From positions 93,868,001-93,932,000 of the forward strand of contig OX597816.1 of NCBI GenBank assembly GCA_951406725.2: DNA of 64,000 nucleotides, written 5' to 3'. The notes under the pieces are model-generated. The model did not search any database, had not been told where the DNA came from, and saw only the letters and a program-made list of their open reading frames with translations. Positions 28,210 to 40,771 of this stretch are shown here, in pieces. Each line of letters begins with the position of its first letter. The stretch's first letter is position 1. The position numbers and the translations under genes are program-made. The stretch is from Octopus vulgaris. Lineage: Eukaryota.

Positions 28210-28644
28210 GAGGGTCAACCTTAGGAATAAGCAAGTGCCTCCGCTGTTCTGCATCTGGAATAGAGTGGGTGAAGCCATTGCCCATATCACGAACGAATGC
28301 CCTAGTCTTGCCAAAAATCACTACATGTTGTGACGATATGACCAGGTAGCGAAAGTGCTACATTGGAAACTGCGATCATACCAGTAGTAATTGATGCGTT
28401 GGGAATGCCCAAAACGGGAGCTGAGAAGTATATTAAGCAACTCCCTGGTAACTCCAATTTCCGTGAACTACAAACGATAACATTGACGCGTACAGCCCAT
28501 ATACTACGGAAAGAACTTTGCATCTAAAATGGAATAAATGTAGTGATAATTTTAGCATGCATAGCAAAAGTGCCCTTGCAGCTCTAGGCCTCCGGAGGAT
28601 GCCCAGTACTAAGCTGAAATAAGTTCTTTTGAAAAGAAACCATA
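28210..28644 (+). mobile_element. 3' end of a restriction-like-endonuclease LINE (R4/Dong-like) inside an (AAT)n array
   Basis: EAIAHITNECPSLAKNHYML*RYDQVAKVLHWKL (zinc-knuckle/RHD region) is joined to IIPVVIDALG...LQTITLTRTAHILRKEL*. (AAT)n flanks both sides. Confidence 0.85.
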
Positions 28645-28714
<70 letters not shown>

Positions 28715-28715
<1 letters not shown>

Positions 28716-28754
28716 CACAGTGTCACTTTGATGGCATGCGCTGCTCTCTCACTC
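28715..28754 (+). mobile_element. 40-bp terminal fragment of element D within (AAT)n
   Basis: cagtgtcactttgatggcatgcgctgctctctcactc matches the terminus of both long D copies. Confidence 0.85.
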
Positions 28755-28797
<43 letters not shown>

Positions 28798-29232
28798 GAT
28801 AGATAGATAGAAATAATAGGTTATATACATTTATTCATTTATTATAGGCTTACAGTCGTTTCAGTTACGCATTTGGGTACGTTCATGCTTCAAGTTTATC
28901 AGTCGATCGATTGTTCGATTGAAAATATAGAGAACGACTCTCACAATGATTTCTTCTTCTAAGCCGAAACAAATCAACTGCCAAAAAAAGAAAAAGAACA
29001 AGAGAAAAGAAAGAGGATGGAATTTGGTCCGCATGGAATTTATATAGAATTAGGTCGCCTGTTTCAATCTATCAATCTTAAGCTATTGTTCTTTCTTATC
29101 ACGGATGAATAGTGTTGACATCCAGTAAAGAAATTTTATAACAAACAGCCTCTTATGGCCAGCGTGGCCAGCGTGGCCAGCGGCAGGCTTTTGGAGTTTA
29201 CTGCAATATTTTTGGAAGCTATGTGAGCGGAG

Positions 29233-29272
<40 letters not shown>

Positions 29273-29634
29273 ACACACATACACGCACATGCGGAGAGAG
29301 AGAGGGGGAGGGGCATTGAGTGAGGGAAATTTCTGAAGATGCATATGAAAGTACATCCCATTGCACATAATTGTTTTTGCTCTTACTCATGTATAAAGTT
29401 TCAGAAAGATTCCAAAGATATACACATGTACAAAAAAAAAAGATGTAAACTAAAAAACGAATATTGTTGCCGATTATGTTATATTTTGAATTCTAATTCA
29501 TTGAGTTCCTCATTCCCGAGTAGTGGTGACATGACCTTATGTTTACTCTTATTGGTGTAAAAAGATGAAAGAATGGACTTGGTTGCTCTAAATTTATAGT
29601 CTGATATAAGGACGTGAATTTGGCTCACATATTT

Positions 29635-29866
29635 TATTTCTTTATTGTCCACAGGGGGCTAAACATAGAGAGGACAAACAAGGACAGACAAAGGGATTAA
29701 GTCGATTACATCAACCCCAGTGCGTAACTGGTGCTTAATTTATCGACCCCGAAAGGATGAAAGGCAAAGTCGACCTCGGCAGAATTTGAACTCAGAACGT
29801 AACGGCAGACGAAATACGGCTACGCATTTCGCCCGGCGTGCTAACGTTTCTGCCAGCTCGCCGCCC
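29635..29866 (-). mobile_element. SINE family A (monomer)
   Basis: Well-preserved reverse-complement copy. Confidence 0.93.
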
Positions 29867-30039
29867 TATTAAAATAAATGAGTTCTCTCCTTAACAATAA
29901 ACATTTCGTGCTTCGCAGGTAGAAGTAGGTTTAATGTCAGCTTCTATTTTTTCGTATCACATAGATATAAAGAAGAGTGTCGATTCACTTAATATTCCAC
30001 ATTTATGGCTCTTGTAGTTCAAGAAGAAGCTTGGTTTGA

Positions 30040-31000
30040 TATTCGACTGTATTTTGCTTCAGATTTATCTCTCTTAAAAACTTGACAATAGTCAACAGGC
30101 ACATTGGGACTCCAGATGTTTTGGTAACACTTATTCATGGTGGAAATACTTTGAAGGAAATGCTCTTAATGTTCGTCGCTTACTGCACCCAAGTTTTCCG
30201 AAAAAGGTTCGAGTAAGAATCCAAAGAATAAAATTTTAATATCATACCCCACCCCCAATATTCAGTAAGTTCAGAAAATTTAATACTATTCAGAACAGCT
30301 TCGACCATGCGTTTTCCAAAACGTTTGCGTTAACACCGTTGCTACAGAGCTTGCTTAACTTCGTTTAATTCTTCTTCAGATCTTTCATCTCTTAATTCTT
30401 CCCTGAGGGTTTTATAAAAATGCCTTCTCTAATATTAATTCACTGATTCAGGGAACTTATTTTCCAAATATCTGAAACAAATTTTTATTTTATGAATCGG
30501 TTTAGTATGTCCAAGCTTAATATATAATGGAGAAAGAAAAACTTTTTCAGAATCAAGAATCGTTCAAACATTTTTCTTGCCTGTAACAAATTCTTATGAA
30601 CATAGTAGTTATTAGCATCCTGCAGTTTCATTCTCATAAACAATACCGATTGGTTGTGTGATCTTGTTGCAATCCTTGCAAACAAGTAATACTCTTCAGA
30701 ATTCCACAAGTTATCTACTTACATTTACATTATACTTACATTCCACGTTATATGACAATTTTATATTTGTAGCATGTGGAATAGACGAAGAGAATTTATA
30801 TTGTTCTAAATGATTTTTGAAAACTCATCCACGACGAAGAGCCAGTCATTGAATTAGCATCTTTACAAAGTACAAATAATATCTTCATGAGAGAAAAAAA
30901 ACTGTCTCTTAGATAAATTCAAACCCCAAACTATATCCTTTAGATCCCATTAAGATCTTGAAATCGTAAGAAAACGTTAGAATTATATATCTGTTAACTT
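30040..31000 (-). mobile_element. Chapaev-type (CMC superfamily) transposase fossil
   Basis: The minus strand reads MILKFYSLDS..FSENLGAVSDEH*EHFLQSISTMNKCYQNIWSPNVPVDYC. This matches the Chapaev3 C-terminal motif as I recall it (MSLKIHFLHSH..ENLGAVSDEHGERFHQDI..YQG.W...DYCW). No ORF is called over this motif. Confidence 0.8.
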
Positions 31001-32962
31001 TTAATCATCTTTCAATATATTTATTTCACAATGTAACTAACATCAACAGTAAAGATGTGTGGTGTAGAAGTTCAGACGTTGGTATCACAATCATTAGGTT
31101 GTCCGTCCGATTCTTGGTATTTTGAGACGCGTTGTGCTTTTGAGCAAAGCAAATCATTTTACATATAGTCTGTCCAAGCAATATTGTGAGTAGGGATTAA
31201 GCCTATGATAGGCATTTGTATTGTGCAGGGAAGTGTATCATATACTCATTAGTTTAAACGGCCAGGAGGAACGAATCGAGATAAAATCGACAAACTTAAC
31301 TTTTGGTTAATATCAGCACCTGCTCTATATACGGTCCACGGGTATGACGAATAAAATATTCTCCTTTAAATAGTTCCCTTTTCTTACTTTCATTTCCTAT
31401 TTCTTTTTGGGTGGTGGTAGTGGTGGGGGTGTAGATATTTTGGTTTCTGTTTTAATCTCTGTGACTCCAACGAAATGAACTGCTTTCTCTCATCCTCTAA
31501 AATCTCCCAACATAAGTCAGTTATTTGATAAAATCTCCTGCATTAAAGATTTATGATTTCAACATTCTCAATTCTTGAACTGCATTTACACAATTCCAGC
31601 TGATACAAAACTGGAAACTCTTACCATCTTAAATAAGTAGTGATATTAAAATAATTAATCACAGCATAATGTTAGCGGTGGCAACACTACCGTGATATGA
31701 CAACACTATGATATTTGCGCTAATGATATAACGTTAGGAGTATCAACAATGTGTTGCTATAACAACAACCTTTGTAACGTTAACGTTGTTCACTGAATAG
31801 TTACAACCAAACTAATGTGTTGTGATTATAAAATCCGTTAGCAGTGTCCACACAAACGATATTGTTAACAATGTCACTTATGATGCAATATTTATGAAGA
31901 GAATATACAGTTATGCCTAATTGTGTATTTATGTATGTATGCGTGTATGTATGCGTGTGACATGTCTATGTGTGTGCGTGTCTGTGTGTGTGCGCGCGTT
32001 TGTGCGTATGTGTGTGTGTGTGTGAGCGTATGTCTGTGTGTGTATGTGAGTGTGTGTAGAATTGAAGAGGTGTAACAAACCTTATATAGGCTCATTGCCA
32101 TAGCACTGACGTAAGCTCGATGCTGTTGAGTAGAAGCCAGTGAATATCTCTGGCTGCCATTTGAAGCCTCACCCTTCGTTGCTCAGTCTCACTCTCTTGG
32201 CGGCTTGTTCACATAGTAAAACGGAGCGCCAGTCTGTCTCAGCCTTTCTACCACACCCGATTATGCTTACCTTTTCTCTTAACCGTCTAGCTTCCTTATA
32301 GCCGACCTAATGGCGACAATGTCTCCGCCTTCGTCCATGATTTTAATCTTACCACTTTTATGGTACGATCGTTATTTTTTAGTTGAAACGTCTACGTATT
32401 CTTGTTATTCTTTTAATTCTGTATTTCTCAATCTTCAACTACAAACAGAAGAATCAAGAAGCTACCAAAGAAATTCTATGCGTATGATTTGTAATTTCAA
32501 ACCGCTTGTCGACGGGTAGGTACAGTATTAGTATACCAATTCACAGGTTGCAAGCTCTCGTTTTTTTTTTTGCGTGCTTTATGCTGTTTCGTATGAGTGG
32601 GTAGCTTAGTTCTTCGATACTGTTATAATTGAAATAGTTTTAAAGAAAAGAATTTTGCTTTCTCTGTGTATGTGACACCAACTCAAGTGATTGATTATTG
32701 CTTGGTCCTTTATCAAAGAAACGAGAACTTTGCAGAGTCTTTGTGATACAGTGATTAATGGAAGGGTAAAGTTTCAGGATGTATCAAAATATTTTTTTTG
32801 TTTTTTTTTTTAACAAAGGGACCGAAATATAACAATAAGAAGATTTGCTTCATTTGTTATAATGGACTTGGCGACGTAAACGAGAGAGGACGTAGTTTCC
32901 TCAATGAAAGAGAAGTAGAAATGGCTATTACTTCTCAAAAGCTATACTATTCTGTTTCTGAA

Positions 32963-33111
32963 GGGCGACGAGCTGGTTGAATCGTTAAGCACGCCGGACG
33001 AAATGCATAGCAGTATTTCGTCTGCCGGTATTTCGTTCTGAGTTCAAATTCCGCCGAGGACGACTTTGCCTTTCATCCTTTCGAGATCGATTAAATAAGT
33101 ACCACTTACGC
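32963..33111 (+). mobile_element. SINE family A, 3'-truncated
   Basis: Head plus core. Confidence 0.85.
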
Positions 33112-33240
33112 AGAAGGAATACTTAATAATAGTAGCTATTTATGACCAGAAGGCCTGAGTCAGGAAGCATTAAGTGTCATGTTATGAAGTACATTGCTAA
33201 TGAGAGAATAGGAATAATAAAGTGTGTTGTCCGACACCCT

Positions 33241-33274
<34 letters not shown>

Positions 33275-33278
<4 letters not shown>

Positions 33279-33672
33279 CTTTTACTTGTTTGAGTGACTA
33301 GACTACGGCTGTGCTGGAGTACCACCTTGAAAAATCTTAGTCAAACGAATAGACCCCGTGACATTTTTTTCATACCTGGTACTTATTCTATCAGAACCTT
33401 TTACCGAACTGCTAAGTTATAGAGACGTAAACACACTAATACCAGTTGTTAAGCAGTGGTGCGGGACAAATTCAGACACAAACAAACACACACATAGATA
33501 TATATATATATATATAGGATAGGCTTCTTTCAGTTTCCGTCAACTAAATCTACTCACAAGGCTTTGGTGTGCCTAGAGCTATAATAGAAGACATGTGCTC
33601 ACTCAGTTGCCACCCAACCGGGAACCATTTGTTTGGAAACAAACTTCTTACCATGCAGCCATCTCTGCACCT
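33275..33672 (-). mobile_element. SINE family B, older copy
   Basis: Reverse complement of the 17137-17557 type. Confidence 0.85.
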
Positions 33673-34444
33673 ATAAAAACAATTCTTTATTTTAAATATT
33701 TTTATTTTATTTTAATAAACTACAGAAACAAGAGTATACTTTTTGACTTATCCTCGTACACATACGCATACACACACACACACAACCTCCTAATTGCATT
33801 GAAGCCCTCACCCCATCCGCCAGAGATACAAATTTATCATTTTTGTCTACATCCCCTTCTGTCGTAGAAACCACATTCTATACTCAAACGTCACTCTGAA
33901 CAGTACTGTTTATACATATGTAGATTCCACTATTCTCTTCATTCACTTCTCTCACCTTGATAACAGTAACAAGGATTTGCTCTGGTTCAAGGATTTGCCG
34001 TAACTCTGATATCAGTTATAAAGATTTGCAGTAACTCTGGTTCTACTTCTTCCATTCCTCTAAATGCATGTCATTTCTTCCAATGAGCAGCAACTATATT
34101 GGACTATATTTCTTCGTGCCTCAATGGCATCAATCTCATTTCACTCATTACTGAAATCTTTGTCCTCAGTGACATTAATATTCTTCTTGGATCTCGCACT
34201 CATCTGACGTTAGTCCGGAAACCGAATCAGTCTCAAGCCTTGACTCTTTACGTCAATAAATTTATTCATAGCTGACACACAGACATTCGAACTACCTTTT
34301 ATTTCTTCCTCATTTCCTAACACAACGCCACTTAGTTAGATCGAACCCTACGCCATAGTTGCCAATTGAACTTCTTAACGACACGGCCGTCATAAATTTT
34401 AGGAAACGCTTTACATATTTACAATTTAAATGTACGCATTGTGA

Positions 34445-34500
<56 letters not shown>

Positions 34501-34656
34501 GAGAGGTAAAGCTTTTTAAGAAGGTCGAAGGTTAGATATAGAATACTTATGAGGCACTATAGGTATCTTTTTGACTTGAATCAATGGCTTTGATCAAACT
34601 TCTTGAAGAATTTCAGTCCTCTACATGTAACCTTCATGTATATTTTTATTGAGTTG

Positions 34657-34742
34657 GCGAGCTGGCAGAAATATAAGCAAGCCGGGCCAAAGTCTTAGCG
34701 GCACTTTGTCCGTCTTTATGTTCTGAATTCAATTTCCGCCGA
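34657..34742 (+). mobile_element. SINE family A head only
   Basis: ggcgagctggcagaaa...gttctgaattcaatttccgccga. Confidence 0.7.
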
Positions 34743-34835
34743 TTAAAAAGGGTGGTATATACCGGTGGGGCAGGGAGTGTCAATAATAACAAAGAATAGC
34801 ATATTACTGAAAATATAACACTGTATTGTAAGTGG

Positions 34836-35112
34836 TGTGGAGGCCCAGTGATTAGGGCAGCGGACTCGCGGTCGGAGGATCGCGGTTTCGATTCCCAGGC
34901 CGGGCGTTGTGTGTGTTTATTGAGCGAAAACACCTAAAACTCCACGAAGCTTCGGCAGGGGGTGGTGGCGACCCCTGTTGTACTCTTTCGCCCCAACTTT
35001 CTCTCACACTCTTTTCCTGGCGTCCAGTCCAGATAGGGAGGTGGGAACACATACGTCACAGAAACTGGGAAACTGGGCCAATGAGCCTGGCTAGGCTTGA
35101 AAAGGGCGCATA
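34836..35112 (+). mobile_element. tRNA-derived SINE sharing the family C 3' tail
   Basis: GC-rich tRNA-like head (ggcccagtgattaggg...gtttcgattccc) and tail gaaactgggccaatgagcctggctaggcttgaaaagggcgca. Confidence 0.8.
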
Positions 35113-36159
35113 AACAAATAAAAATTGTAAATGGTAGGTAAGCTTGTGTGCAACAGTCTGTTACCTAATACACATATCAATAGAAACAGCTTTCCGCATT
35201 CAGTGAATTTTGGGATACATTTTTGCGTATACATCATCAATAGGGTTGACTTGGCTATCCGAGCCAAATAGGGGACTAAAGTTAAAGTACACACAATATT
35301 TACAGTTTTCGTAACAACTGGCCACATATGTAGATAATTTATGAGTGTATGTTATGTGTCTATGCAATTTTTCTGAAGTTGCGTGAAAGTGCCTTGTAAT
35401 AAATGAACATAAGTATGTAGTAATAACAATAAAGATCCATAGTAAGAGACAGTCAAAATAAATAAATTCAGTTGATGACGAGGTGTTGCCGATGCTACTG
35501 ATGATAATACTGATGACGCTGTGGACAACGACGACAGTGATGACGGCAAACAATTGGGAGTAGAGCTAGAATATAAAACAAGCCGCCGTGACAGCATAAG
35601 TGAGCTAATGAAAAGCTAATTCGCATTCGTTATACTAACATGTGTACAGACATATCGGCAGACGGTCTATTAACAATTTCACTTTGTCTGCTGCTTCGTT
35701 CGTTCTTTTCTCTTTATTCTCTTCTCTTTTTTTTGTTTTTTTTTTTATTTCTTTCGTTCTTATTTTTTCTTTGTTACGTCTATCTTTATATATTTAGACA
35801 TAAAAATAAAGCATCCATTCGAAATACTTCACATAACTAGAGTTTCACCTCCTCCTTCGGACTACATTTTTTCATACCAAACAGATGTTGACTGCAATCG
35901 AACTAATAATGATTATGTTTTCTCGAAAGGAAAGCTATACTGTAGCCTCTGTCCAGTCCGATTCAGGTAAACACAAGTTTACTGAGGCTGGTATTTCATA
36001 AACGACCAACAAAATAAAGACTAGCTACAAAATCTACAGCAGATAACGTTCAAGATCTTCCCAAAACCTTTATCCATCGGAATGAGATGAGTGCAAAGCA
36101 TGAAAGCTGAGTAGCTTATCCCACTTGCAGATGGAGTACTACTACTCCACTCTGTTGTG

Positions 36160-36405
36160 AGGATGTAAACACACCAGCATCTGTTGTCAAACGATGTGGG
36201 GGGGGGGGGAGACAAACACAGACACACAAAATTATACTCATATATACATATACGACGGGCTTCTTTCAGTTTAGGTCTACCAAATCCAATCACAAGGCTT
36301 TGGTCGGCCCCAGGTTATAGTAAAAGACACTTGCTCAAGATGCCCCGTGGTTGGACTAAACCCAGGACCATGTGGCTGGTAAGCAAGCTATTTACCACAC
36401 AGCCA
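36160..36405 (-). mobile_element. SINE family B, partial
   Basis: Reverse complement of the family B 5' two-thirds. Confidence 0.85.
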
Positions 36406-36833
36406 TTTTATATATGTGTGTGCGTGTATGCGTGCGCGCGTGTGTGTCCATGTGTGTGCGTGCATGTGCAAATATACATGTAATGCATACTTGCATCGAC
36501 TTAAAACTGGCCATAAATTTGTGTGCTGAGCAAAAAATACTTCGTGAAATTGATTCGGTCTTGTCACACACCAGCAACAGAGATTCGGTACTCGTTATAA
36601 ATATTCGTTCGTTAAATTTAACAATTACTTTTTGTTTGTAGACTTTAACTAAATCTCCATATTTGTGCATAAAGTATGTAACAAGTATGTACGCGTGTGT
36701 GAGTGTATTTACACGCGCGCATGCGTGTAAGTGTGAATGTGTGTGTGTCTGTGTGACATATATGTACATCCCTATTATTTTGCGATTGATTTGCGTACTT
36801 CATCTGTATACTGGCTAGCCACAAATTTCTTCA

Positions 36834-36902
36834 CAGTTATCCGGCCATCGGAAAAATACTATGAAAAATGACTATAGTATTTTTCCGATGGCCGGATAAC
36901 TG
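36834..36902. repeat. Perfect 29-bp inverted repeat with an 11-nt loop
   Basis: cagttatccggccatcggaaaaatactat / atagtatttttccgatggccggataactg. Confidence 0.97.
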
Positions 36903-36960
36903 AAGAGATGACGACGTGGATTTCCACTTCGGCATCCGAAACTTGAAGTTTTATCATGGC
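36891..36960 (+). ncRNA. Candidate type I hammerhead ribozyme
   Basis: Stem I gataa/ttatc (extendable by gccg/tggc). Core CTGAAGA at 36900-36906. Stem II gatg.cga.gtgga/tccac.tcg.catc. GAAA at 36938-36941, near-palindromic stem III ACTT-G-AAGT, GUU triplet at 36948-36950. Confidence 0.7.
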
Positions 36961-36990
36961 TACCGAATAATTGTCACATATTACATTTAC

Positions 36991-37031
<41 letters not shown>

Positions 37032-37034
37032 GCT

Positions 37035-37182
37035 TGTGTGGTAAGTAGCTTGCTTACTAACCACATGGCTCTGCGTTCAGTCCCACCGCGTGGCATCTTG
37101 AGCAAGTGTATTTTACTATAACCTCGAGTCGACCAAAGCCTTGTGAGTGGATTTCGTAGACGGAAACTGAAAGAAGCCCGTC

Positions 37183-37230
<48 letters not shown>

Positions 37231-37420
37231 GAGTATATGTTTGTGTGTTTGTCCCTCCAACATCGTTTGACAACCGATGCTGGTGTGTTTACATCCTCAT
37301 AACTTACCGGTTCGGCAAAACAGGCCGATAGAATAAGTACTAGGCTTACAAATAATAAGTCCTGTGGTGCTCCAGCGTGGCTGCAATCAAATGACTGAAA
37401 CAAGTAAGAGAATAAAGAAA
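37035..37420 (+). mobile_element. SINE family B
   Basis: Matches 17137-17557, with an internal (TA)n. Confidence 0.9.
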
Positions 37421-37479
37421 AGAATATATATATGCTCACATCCACACACCCTCTCCAACATCTTCACCACACGCACCAG

Positions 37480-37662
37480 TTTCTTTATTACCCACAAGGG
37501 GCTAAACGTAGAGGGGACAAACAAGGACAGACAAACGGATTAAGTCGATTACATCGACACTAGTGCGTAACTGGTACTTAATTTATAGACCCCAAAAGAA
37601 TGAAAGACAAAGTCGACCTCGGCGGAATTTGAACTCAGAACGTAACGGCAGATGAAATACCG
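37480..37662 (-). mobile_element. SINE family A, head truncated
   Basis: Tail-1 plus core on the minus strand. Confidence 0.88.
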
Positions 37663-38459
37663 CACACACACCACACCCCATTATGCACACTCCCACACAC
37701 ACTCATGTGCATATGCATCCACACACACTAGCACCCAATATCTGCCAACGCCCGTGATCTCTATCACACCACCCCTGAACCCTATCCCACCCCTCCTCAC
37801 CCCTATCCTATCTCCCAACGCTTATCTCTCACCACCCCTAGCCCACCTTACACTTCTATGCATTCCCCCGCAGCACACAGTATTCATTCCAAATACACAC
37901 ACAAGGCACAACACGCCTGAACTCAGACATTATACATACAACATGCATAAACACATACAATTTTTGCACAGAAACATAGACAATACACATGTACACTATA
38001 GGGTCACACGCACACATTTACACACGTGCACACACACAAGCTGAACAAGCACACACCAACTACGATACACAAGCGTTTACACACGGACACACACATGCAC
38101 ACACGCACGCACACACATATACACACGTCCATGTGCACACACACATGATAGCCGCACAGATATACATACGTCCATATGCACACACACAACTACACGAAAC
38201 GCACACACTAGGTTACCTGTGCACACACAACACACTCCCATAGACACACACACACAGGCCCATGCATTTGTACACACACATGATAACCTCATAACCTGAA
38301 GAAATGTCCGATGGCTCATGAGTGAACTCAAAAATTTTAAGTCAAGACAATCAGCGTAGTACTCGCTCAAGGTGCTTTTAAGAGTAGTTCTATACTACTA
38401 TGAGAGGCTTGTAGAGATATATTGTCTCCTCTCATTCATTTCGACGTCTTCTTGGTGAG

Positions 38460-39240
38460 AACCACGATGAATGCTCTCGAAGATGGTGTGGTCAAAATTA
38501 GCATCTGAGTGGAAACATTGCAAGCATCAGTTTTGTTGACGACCTTGGATAGACTGGCAGAAAGTGAGAGAGAGAGTGAACTGCTTTTCTTCGTCAGCTG
38601 CTTTGATAGAGCCTCCGTCGAGTTTTGCATGGAAATAATTGTTTTAAAATATCACAAGAAATGCAAGCGGTGTCGACACATGGGACATCTCTGTCCAAAT
38701 ATTAGAAACACGGACAGAAACGAGAGATAGTACAAAATTCAATTTTAAAGGGAATAGTGGAATTAACCAATAGAAGGCCAAAACCAAAAATTCTTGCAAG
38801 AACTGAACGTACAGTGAGTGCTTTAAAAAAACTCGAGCCAACATGGAGAGCTAGAACAAGATCATATTCTTGTGTTACCCTCTATTTTTCTGTATGTATA
38901 CGAAGTATTTACTTTCATAGTAGAGTCACGTAAATAAGAAGTTACAGCAATATGTTAGGCATCTCGAAAATTAACTACATCACATGGTCTGCAAACCCAT
39001 CTGGCACCGCATTAGCTCTCATGAAAAACCTTTCCACAAATTTTCAAAGAACTGTGAAAGGGTCAAGTATAAGAGACAGACAGAGGGGGAAAAAATGGAC
39101 AGATAGTATAGAGGAATGGACAGGAAAATTATTATTGGAGACTCGAACTCTGATACGCAATCACGATATATAGGAAAGACTGGTACACAGCATGGGGCAA
39201 TGGTGTCCTTACGATTCCGTCAGGAGTTAAGGGCTCAAGC
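38460..39240 (+). mobile_element. RTE-clade LINE remnant (RT and C-terminus)
   Basis: Across frames: MNALED..ISI..ISFVDD..LAESE..FDRASVEFCMEI; KPKILART..ALKKLEPTW; SIFLYVYE; LGISK; QRTVKG..RQRGKKWTDSIEEWTG (~RTE QGTVKG.RRRGRQ.KRW.D.I.EWTG). Confidence 0.85.
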
Positions 39241-40771
39241 ACCAAGCAAGCAAATAAGCGAAAAACCACCGAGCATATTTTGTATGAAAGTATTAAAGCA
39301 ACGCGGCTTTTGAAGATCCAAATAACTATTAATTCAACACCAGGAAAAACTTTCTCGTGTATTTACAGACGTCAGACTTTTATCACCAGCTGAAATAATT
39401 GCGATGAGATCACTAAGAAAATAAAATATGTTATTTATTATTTAATACACGTCTAACAAGTGCCCCGCCTCCAAATATCTTGCTGAACCAATTTCGACAA
39501 ACTTTGGTATATCATCTTTCAGCTGCTACTCACTTCACATGATACTGTCACAGCACCACCCAGAATATATCCACATCCATCTTCCACTTACTCTATTTGA
39601 CGTTCCACCCTATCAGCTTTTAAAAAATATTCTACTCTTGATATTGCTGAAATTTTAGTTTCTAATATTGTGGCTTATTCCCACCAATCTATTCAATACT
39701 CCACTCTTCCTTTTATTGCTGTTTTGACGTATAAGTTAAAGCTGGTTAATACCTTATATCCAAAGAAGGATGTCACTTCAACTATACAACCCCCCGAGAA
39801 GATGGAAATGATTATTAATAAACACTTGTTGAAGCACTGAATTATTGCTCTCTTCCTTATACAGCAAGGTGAATTCGGAAAATCATGATATGTACGTGAT
39901 GGTTTCCCTTAGAAGTTTTTAAATTTCTATTATGATTTCTGAATCATTATTGACACTTTGCTTAGACAAAAGTTCCAATTTTGTGAGCGGAAACACAGGA
40001 ATTTCATTCTTTCACCAGTATATTATTTTAGTGTATTTACTTTATCAGCTTACAAGAGGAAATTAAAAATCAGCTTTTGAATAATTTTTATTCTCAAAGC
40101 GAGGAAAGACAAATGCCTAACTGTGTTGGTCAACCTATTTTCGTTCATGTCCTCAGTATTCGTATAGTGTTACTAGAATGCCTTCGGAGTAAAATACATG
40201 CTCATTTTACTCCGACTAAAATATTTAAAAAAGGAAATTGTTAGTCTGAAACCATACTACAACACAGTTCTCTCGTGAAATATTTGCAGTTTCCAATACC
40301 TTTTACGTATCGCAATTCTCTTTAACTCATTACGTTCGCAATACTTCCCCCATTTTAGTAAATACATCGAGAAAAATTGGTTTCAAATCCATTCGAAACG
40401 TACATTAGCATGGAACAATTTTTTTACTTTCGCTATAATGCATTTTAGACGTGTGAAAAGATAATTGGAGATTTAACACTATGATAAACTCACAGATACC
40501 ATCAGCGATAATTGCTATTACTTTCATTGTTAATATTTATAAGACATTATTTGGCAATTATCATCATTTAAAGTGAGCAGGTATCAAATCAGGAAGTCTA
40601 GTTGTAAACAGTATAAGAAGCTAGTATAAATATATAAAATAACGAGAGGAATGCAAATTCGTTCACTTTTTTTTATCTTATTACGTGTGCGTGTCCATAT
40701 ATATTTATGTATATATATATACCGAAATTTAATCCAGTCTCCATGACCATACGATTGAGTATGTTAATTTT

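Noticed and set aside
27841-28349. Poly-Y/H/N/L ORFs
   Set aside because: They are trinucleotide microsatellites fused to a LINE fragment.
28845-28970. Minus-strand GAAACGACTGTA, resembling a pLTR hammerhead 3' half
   Set aside because: No intact CTGAnGA partner.
29156-29182. (TGGCCAGCG)x3 and similar short duplications at ~46662 and ~55355
   Set aside because: Ordinary slippage duplications with no further structure.
33870-34370. Possible LINE AP-endonuclease fossil (EIFVLSDINI)
   Set aside because: A single weak motif; cannot be supported without an alignment.
34836-34905. tRNA gene
   Set aside because: The tRNA-like head continues directly into a SINE body and tail, and there is no convincing acceptor stem.
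35470-35620. Acidic open segment (DATDDNTDDAVDNDDSDD...)
   Set aside because: Most simply a decayed (GAT/GAC)n microsatellite.
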